NCBI RefSeq assembly: GCF_006345805.1
Contig: NC_043017.1
Span: 19,654,001-19,718,000 of the forward strand
Direction: 5' to 3'
Source: Octopus sinensis
Lineage: Eukaryota
Length of the DNA stretch: 64,000 nucleotides
The notes beneath the pieces were generated by a model that saw nothing but the letters and a program-made list of their open reading frames with translations, was not told the DNA's origin and made no database searches. The translations under genes and the position numbers were made by a program. Numbering within the stretch: position 1 is the stretch's first letter; the number at the start of each line of letters is the position of its first letter. This document shows positions 55,400 to 64,000 of the stretch, piece by piece.

Positions 55400-56978
55400 A
55401 TATATAAATATTTATCATATTTGGATTCGATTTTTAAAAAATCCTTTTAGTCCACATAGTTTCATATTAATTTAATAAATTACTTTCAAATTCAAGGTCC
55501 TTAAGTTCTTTGGTAGTGATTGCTTGTATGCGTGTGCGTATGAAGTGCTTCAATAGATTGTGTTTACCTAAACATTTGGACCTAAATGGATTAAACTTTT
55601 GTAACCTTTTGGAAGCACTGTTCCATATTTTGCTCAATTTAAAAGAAAGATTTCTTTCATACATTTCTTCAATTTAATATTCTAATGTAGAATGTAGGTA
55701 ATTAAAAATTTCTTTCTCTTTTGGATTGGCCTGGAATCGAAATAAAGATTAAATAAAAAAACAAACCAAAACATTTAACAAAAGAACTCCTACAAAAATT
55801 TACCAAATTCTTCAATGAATTTCACTAAAATCAAATTTATAAAGAAATGGCCTTAAAGAATGACTGACATAATGGTTGTTATTCAGATAGTTTTAAATAA
55901 GTTTTTCTTGAAGGCACAGACAAGAGATTAGTAGATCAAATCCTGTTGCTGGTACTATATTGTGTCTTTAGTCAACAGACGAGATTTTTTTTTATTATAT
56001 TCCGGTTAAAATACACATTGTCTATGTGTTTCAGATAATTTTGAAAATAATCAAGAACTTGGATAATTTTTTAAAAATATAACTGGGTGGTCAGGAAGCT
56101 CGCTTTGTAGACATGTGGTTTCAGGTTCAATCCCACTGTGTGGCACCTTGGGCTGATCAATACCTTGCAAGTAAATTTGATAGATGGAAACTGTGTGGAA
56201 GCCTGTTGTGTGTATACATAAGATAAATTACATAGAAAGAAAGAAAGGAACACATGATGTAGACATGCTCTTCTCTCATAAGTTATTGTCCAAAAATCAT
56301 AATTTCACCCTTTTAATGAAACATATATTATATATATATATATATATAGGCATGTGGCATAGTGGTTAGGGTATCCGGCCCACAATTGTAAGGTCATGAA
56401 TTCAATTCCCAGTAACACATTGTGTCCTTGAGCAAGACACTTTCTTTCACATTGCTCCAGTCCACTCAGCTGGCAAAAATGAGTAGCACCTGTAATTCAA
56501 AGGGCCAGCCTTGTAACACTGTGTCATGTTGAATCTCTCTGAGAACTACATTAAGGGCACATGTGTCTGTGGAGTATTCAGCCACTTGCCCATAAATTTC
56601 ATGAACAGGCTCTTCTGTTGATTGGATCAACTGGAGCCTTCATCGCTGTACCCGACAGAGTACCACTTAATTATATATATATATATATATATAATTAATT
56701 AATAAGGGTGAGAGAATTAGATACTAATTTAATAGTATATCTATTCAACACCAAGTGGCCTAGTGCTCCGAGAAACCTGGATTATTATAATATTTTATAA
56801 TATATTATAATATTTTTACAAAATAAATATAAGAGAGTGGTCACTATATGGCTCACTCTAGCACCAGTTAATCCAAAAGGTTTCAACCACAACAATACAT
56901 GTTTTCCCATCAGTAAAGTCAGTACGATTGTTAGCTCACACGGACAGGGCAAATAAAAAATAACAAAAATACAGATTA

Positions 56979-57059
56979 TTTTGGACAATTGTTTCGCTAT
57001 TATTGAATTAAATGTAATTTTACTTACAAAAAAATCCACTTGTAGCTCGTCAGCCAAAA
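56979..57059 (-). ncRNA. Type I hammerhead ribozyme, inverted copy with weakened stem I
   Basis: Reverse complement of the 57386 motif. It reads GTC|CAAAA, one C fewer, which puts an A.G mismatch at the second stem I pair. Confidence 0.75.
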
Positions 57060-57385
57060 CTATCTGGATGAAATCCACTCAATCACACACCAGATTTTAC
57101 CATAACGATAAATACGCGTGTGGTTCAATGATTACATCCGACGTTATAATTCAAATGCCCCAACTAACAGCGCGCCAAACTTTCACGGAAAACAAATACT
57201 GCATTTAGAAATAAATGTAGCATAATTATATTATTTCTAAATGCAGTATTTGTTTTCCGTGAAAGTTTGGCGCGCTGTTAGTTGGGGCATTTGAATTATA
57301 ACGTCGGATGTATCAATTGAACCACACGCGTATTTATCGTTATGGTAAAATCTGGCGTGTGATTGAGTGGATTTCATCCAGATAG

Positions 57386-57467
57386 TTTTGGCTGACGAGC
57401 TACAAGTGGATTTTTTTGTAAGTAAAATTACATTTAATTCATTAATAGCGAAACAATTGTCCCAAAA
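57386..57467 (+). ncRNA. Type I hammerhead ribozyme, predicted cleavage after GUC at 57461
   Basis: TTTTGG-CTGACGA-GCTA-(large loop containing GTAA..TTAC and TTAAT..ATTAA hairpins)-TAGC-GAAA-CAATTG-TC|CCAAAA. Stem I 6 bp, stem II 4 bp with G10.1-C11.1, palindromic ACAATTGT stem III, canonical core. Confidence 0.88.
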
Positions 57468-57917
57468 TAATCTGTATTTTTGTTATTTTTTATTTGCCCT
57501 GTCCGTGTGAGCTAACAATCGTACTGACTTTCATGGGAAACATGTATTTTTGTGGTTGAAACCTTTTGGATTAACTGGTGCTAGAGTGAGCCATATAGTG
57601 ACCACTCTCTTATATTTATTTTGTAAAAATATTAAATTATTATAAAATATTATATAATCCAGGTTTCTCGGAGCACTAGGCCACTTGGTGTTGAATAGAT
57701 ATACTATTAAATTAGTATCTATTCTCTCACCCTTATTAATTAATTATAATTATGCTACATTTATTTCTAAATGCAGTATTTGTTTTCCGTGAAAGTTTGG
57801 CACGCTGTTAGTTGGCGCATTTGAATTATAACGTCGGATGTAATCAATTGAACCACACGCGTATTTATCGTTATGGTAAAATCTGGCGTGTGATTGAGTG
57901 GATTTCATCCAGATAGT

Positions 57918-57997
57918 TTTGGCTGACGAGCTACAAGTGGATTTTTTTGTAAGTAAAATTACATTTAATTCATTAATAGCGAAACAATTGTCCCAAA
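57918..57997 (+). ncRNA. Type I hammerhead ribozyme, tandem copy, predicted cleavage after 57992
   Basis: Same motif 531 nt downstream of the 57386 copy, with a 5-bp stem I (TTTGG/CCAAA). Confidence 0.85.
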
Positions 57998-58211
57998 TAA
58001 TCTGTATTTTTGTTATTTTTTTTTTTATTTGCCCTGTCCGTGTGAGCTAACAATCGTACTGACTTTCATGGGAAACATGTATTTTTGTGGTTGAAACCTT
58101 TTGGATTAACTGGTGCTAGAGTGAGCCATATAGTGACCACTCTCTTATATTTATTTTATATATATATATATATATGTATGTATTATGTATGTATGTATAT
58201 GTATGTATGTA

Positions 58212-58249
<38 letters not shown>

Positions 58250-59263
58250 GTATATGTATGTATTATATGTATGTATATATATATATATGTATATATACAT
58301 ATACTCACATATACATTTAAATATATACATGTACATATGCACACCACACACACACATGATGGGCTTCCACACTGTTTCCATTTACCAAATTCTCTTCCAA
58401 GGCATTGGTCAGTTCCAAGATGCAAGCCTAAGGTGCCAGGTAGTGGGACTGAACCTGAAACCATGTGGTTGTTTTCACAAATCAAACTTCTTAAGCACAC
58501 ACAACCAGAATATATAAAAACAGATAGAATCTAACAAAAACAAAAAAAAAAGGAAAAAAAAAGAGGAAAACAACAAAACAACAACATCCCCAGTAAAATA
58601 CACAAAATAAAACAGGAAATTCTTCACATGAACTCAAAGATGGTCGGAACATGATGTTAATCTTTCGACTTTAGAAATTCTAAACAGTTTATCTTTTGGT
58701 AAGGCAGTAGTCAGAGAACCATGTTAACAGCAGAGTTGCAGAATGTCTTTGGAAAGTTATATCAAGAGATTAACAATATGCCAAAGATTTTTTTTTTTAC
58801 AGTGACGACAAGAAATTTCTATCAAAGTGTTTTCACCTACCAATAAGCAATATCACATAAAATATATCAAAGAATTTTATTGATTTTTCTGAAGAAATTT
58901 TTTTTGTTTTGTTATTGTTTTTTTTTGGATTTTGTTGTTCTTTCATAGAGTAAGAACATTTAACACAACATCTGCAATCGTACATGGAGGTGAGCCAGAT
59001 GGAGTGATTGCAAAATGGAAGATAGTTTAAGGTAAAAAGGAGAATTGAAATAACAGTGTCTACCATGGCGCTTAGTGGAATGGTTTTTTTCTCTCTCTTG
59101 AAGAGACTACACATGCATGTGTGTATGTATACACATATATAAACACATGCATATGTATGCATTTACATATATATTGATATAAAGACACACATACATATAC
59201 TCATTTACACACTCACACACCCCTATATACACATTTATACAAAGATATATGTTATATGTGTAC

Positions 59264-59297
<34 letters not shown>

Positions 59298-60795
59298 GAA
59301 ACAAAACAGCTGTTACTACAAGTTTGATAAAGAAGATTCTGTGAAGATATATTTCTCTGACCAATGAAACCAATTGGTGTGTGTGTGTCTGTGCAAGTAT
59401 GTGTGTGTGTGTTTGTGCATGCATTGTATATGTGTGTGTGTGTGTGAAAACATCATTAAAAGAGATTTATCATTTGATTACCAAAACCTCTAACTGAGAC
59501 ATTAACACGAATATTATCAACATCATCATCATCATTACTATCATTATAATCAGTTGCCAGGTCATAGTGCTAGTTATTATTATAATGAAATCCTCAATAT
59601 TGGACTGACATCATCAGTCAGGCAAAAGGCAAAAAAACCCCAAAAAACAAACCCTCCTCATAGAGTCGTTATGGTGCTAGCAAAATAAATCCTTTTATTT
59701 TAAGGATCTAAAATTCTTTATAAATGTTGCATTTTTGAATTCAGAGAAGTAGTGTATGCAAACATGAAACATCAATAAGAATGGAAAAGGTTTCCAAAAA
59801 GATGGATATGTGTGTGTGTGTGTATGTATGTGTGTGTATATATGTATGTGTGTACATGTATGTGTGTATATATGCGTGTATGTGTGTATATATATATATA
59901 TATGTATGTATGTGTGCATCATCATCATTATCGTCGTTTAACGTCCGCTTTCCATGCTAGCATGGGTTGGACGATTTTGACTGAGAGTTGGCGAACCAGA
60001 TGGCTGCACCAGGCTCCAGTCTTGATCTGGCAGAGTTTCTACTAGCTGGATGCCTTCCTAATGCCAACCACCTCTGACAGTGTAGTGGGTGCTTTTACGT
60101 GCCACCGCACGGTGTGTGCATATATATGTATGTGCGTATATATATATATATTATATATATATATATATTATATATATATATATATGTGTGGTGTGTGTGT
60201 GTGTGCGTGTATATGTATGTGTGTGTATATGTATGAATGTGTGTGTTTGTATATGGTGTGTGTGTGCAGATGTATGTGTGTGTATATATGTATGTGTGTG
60301 TATGAAGGTGTGTGTGTGTGTGGTGTGTGGTGTGTGTGTGTGTGCAAAACAAAAATACAAAATGAAATGGAAGTTTTAGAAGAATACGATTTTAAATAGA
60401 TGAATATTGTTGATGTTAAGTAAATTTTTCTACAAGAAATTGTTTTTCTCATCCCTCTCCCCACCAACCACCATCACCCGAATCTTTAAATATATTTAAT
60501 CAAAGATAAAGAGAATGATATAGATTTATATTCATTAACAAAATATAACCAGCTCCCTGCCATGTTGCTTCCCCATGTCTTGGGGGTGTTTCGTAATTTC
60601 AAAATGTATTTTTAAATGGAAATATCTCACAGTGAAAAAATAAAAATTAAAATAAAATAAATGATAATAATATACAAAGGAAATATTAAGAATTATGGAA
60701 AGTTTTTTAGAACAAAAATGATGACGATAACAACTGACAAAAAGAGAAACCAACTGTTGTTAAAAGCCTATATGTATATATATATTAATATATAA

Positions 60796-60896
<101 letters not shown>

Positions 60897-61274
60897 TGTA
60901 TGTATGTATATATTATATATATATATATGTATGTATATGTATATATATATGTGCGTATATATATATATATACGTGTGTGTATATTATATATATATTACAC
61001 ATATATACCCACACATGTATATACATGTTCAAGATGCATGTGCATGTGTGCATATATATATATATAATATATATATATTATATATATATATATATATTTA
61101 TATAAGGGAGAGCTTCTGTGTGTGTGTGGAATAAAAGGTTGACAACCTTTCAATAGAATTCAAAGCTCTTTACAAAAGGAGACAAAAGTGGAAAATACAA
61201 AAACAAAAATCAAATCATCAAGTTTATATATATGTATGTGTGAGTGTATACATAGCATATGTATATATAGGTAT

Positions 61275-61340
<66 letters not shown>

Positions 61341-61414
61341 ATATATATATATCATCATCATCGGAAAATGGACGTTAAATGATGATGATGATATATATAT
61401 ATATATATATATAC

Positions 61415-61446
<32 letters not shown>

Positions 61447-61908
61447 TTTATATATATGTGATATTTTCTGGTTTCAAGGGAGACGGTTCAATTGAATATA
61501 AGATAGAGGTAATCAGATGACTGCAAAAGAGAAACATAAAGACTCATGGAACGTTCTTCCGTTCTTTACGTCGCAAGAAAAATGTATTTTTGCCTTCAAA
61601 ACATCTAAGACATATGCAGTGATACATGTGTATTTGTGCATGGGTGTGTGCATACGTGTATGCATATGCGTCCATATTCCCTTTCGTAATCACAATTATA
61701 GGAATTTCTAAAACTGGAGCTACACCCCAGAAAATATTTCGGTACAGATGATATGGCTGTTCAAAGAACAATGCAAGGACATAAATGGTATCTTAGTTTA
61801 TCGAGGCAACTCAATAGAAAAACAAAACATGTCTAGAGCTAACTTTCCCAGGATTTGAACTCATAATATGAGACAAAGAACTGATTTTCTTTATTACAGT
61901 ACATCTTG

Positions 61909-61945
<37 letters not shown>

Positions 61946-62595
61946 ACATACATGCACACTGACACATGCACTCAAAGAGACACAGAAACACACACAAATA
62001 CACATGAAAATACTTACATAAACATGTATACACACACAAACACAAACATGCATACAAACTTACACACACACACACACATGTATGCAAACATAGACACAGA
62101 AACATACAGATAAATACATAAACACACACACACACAAAATGCATACAAACACACATGAAGATGTAAGCAGAGATATACACATAAATATACACACAAACAC
62201 CCCACCCCCCCATTCATATACACGCATAAACAGAGACCAATTATGTGTAGAATAAGAAATATGTTCACTGAAAGAGTTTGATTAAAGATCTATAAAATGG
62301 AATTTAATAATCAATATGTAAATATTGGAGATTAAGAAGGAAATTTTTGAAAATGTCTAGGGATAGATTTGAAGAAGAAATGATGATGGATTAGGAACAA
62401 TTTTTCAGTAAAAGCCATTTCGGAAACATTCTTAAGACATAAACGAACGTGAAATGTCAAGGTTTGTTGTTGTTTACCATTTCCAAGTTTCCACAGAAAT
62501 AACAAGAGAGAAGAAAAAAAAGAAAGAAAGAAAATGAACAATAAACAAAATGTTGATTTTTTTTCTTCTGTCATCCATGTTCCACCTTTAAGACA

Positions 62596-62636
<41 letters not shown>

Positions 62637-63319
62637 ATGAGACACGTGCATATACACATACACACATATATGTAATAGTTATGTATATAGACACATGCAT
62701 ACAAATATCTATTTATCTATCTACAGACACACATATATATATACACACACACATATATATATATATTATATATATATATACACACATACACACAGATATC
62801 TTAATCTCTATATATGATTGCATGGTTCATGTGTGAATGTCTATATACATATAGACATACATACATGTAAACATCAATATATCTACATATACACATACAC
62901 ACACACATCTTAATCCATCTGTGGGTGTGTGTGTGTGAATGTGGGGCTTATGTGTATGTATGTATACATACATATATATATAAACATTAATCTACATGTC
63001 TGTGTAAGTATATATATATATATGTATAGACACACACACACACATATATCCATCCATATACCCTCATATCCAGACCACACATATACATGTAAAGTAAATA
63101 GATTCAGACAGAGAAATGTGTGTGTGTGTGTATGTGTGTGCTCACATGTAATAAAAGAAAATGAAGACTGTGAAAATATAGATGATGATGATCGTTAAGT
63201 AAGCCAAAGGCAAATTAATTTAGATTTTACAAAAATTAGACAAAACAGCAAATGGAAAACATGGCTTTTTAATGAAAGCACATCTCCGAGGCAATGTGAA
63301 TCAAATGATAAGACACACA

Positions 63320-63619
63320 CGTCTATGATATATATAATATATATATGTATAATATATATATGTATAATATATATATAATATAATATATGTATAATATATA
63401 TATAATATATATATATGTATAATATATATATAATATATATATATGTATAATATATATATATGTATAATATATATAATATATATTATATGTATAATATATA
63501 TATAATATATATTATGTATAATATATATAATATATATATATGTAAATATATATATAATATATATATATGTATAATATATATATAATATATAATAATATAT
63601 ATATATATATATATATATC

Positions 63620-63651
<32 letters not shown>

Positions 63652-63750
63652 ATCCAATATATATATAGTATATATATATATAATACATATATATATATAT
63701 GCCATATATATATATATATGCATAATATATATATATATATGCATATATAC
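63320..63750. repeat. Degenerate (TATAA/TA)n minisatellite
   Basis: Repeats of tataatatatatat(g). Confidence 0.9.
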
Positions 63751-64000
63751 ATGTGCGAATATTTCCTCAGGCGGGTGACATGATTATAGTGACATTGAAG
63801 AAATGACAGATTTTTAAAAGCAACAGGAAGATTTATGTTATTCAACCCCGACAACCCCAGATGGAGAAATACATGCGCCTTTCTTGTTGAGACAGACGCA
63901 TATTTGCCACTCATTATCAGCTCCATTTCGTCTTTCACGCACATTTTTATTCAGATTAATATTAAAATTATCATTATTATCATTCCATATATGTATGTGA

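Larger units (their letters stand above)
56692..58157. mobile_element. HHR-bearing ~530-nt unit x3 (one inverted, two tandem); retrozyme or Penelope pLTR-like
   Basis: 56692-57230 is the reverse complement of 57231-57747, and 57745-58157 is a partial tandem copy (period 530). There is one HHR per copy and (TA)n on both flanks. Confidence 0.8.

Noticed and set aside
63750-63960. Unique sequence after the TA tract with minus-strand CTGAGGA and a short ORF (MCVKDEMELIMSG...)
   Set aside because: No GAAA or stem I, the peptide is not NAV-like and there are no convincing splice sites. It may be a repeat fragment continuing outside the window.

Overview
AT-rich, microsatellite-dense animal genomic DNA, most likely octopus (inferred from the SINE families and repeat make-up, not proven). 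It is mostly intron of one minus-strand gene, a neuron navigator (NAV/unc-53/sickie) homologue. Four in-frame coding exons are visible: 51303-49661, 44614-44562, a 24-nt microexon at 41481-41458, and 38861-38787. Nearly all ORFs in the supplied track are microsatellite or SINE artefacts. The introns contain tRNA-derived SINEs, piggyBac- and hAT-type MITEs, two non-autonomous Helitrons, and mariner, CR1 and RLE-LINE remnants. The main hidden signal is a set of small non-coding elements inserted in (TA)n tracts that carry type I hammerhead ribozymes (HHRs) with a short palindromic stem III. There are five motif types and seven full-length copies. They occur as head-to-head fold-backs and tandem/terminal repeats, including a ~530-nt unit in three copies forming a ~1-kb palindrome (56692-58157) and a 479-nt unit with a 64-nt terminal redundancy (33735-34277). 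This architecture resembles retrozymes or Penelope-like element (PLE) pseudo-LTRs. All three complete HHRs on the gene's sense strand carry lesions, while the four complete antisense copies look intact.
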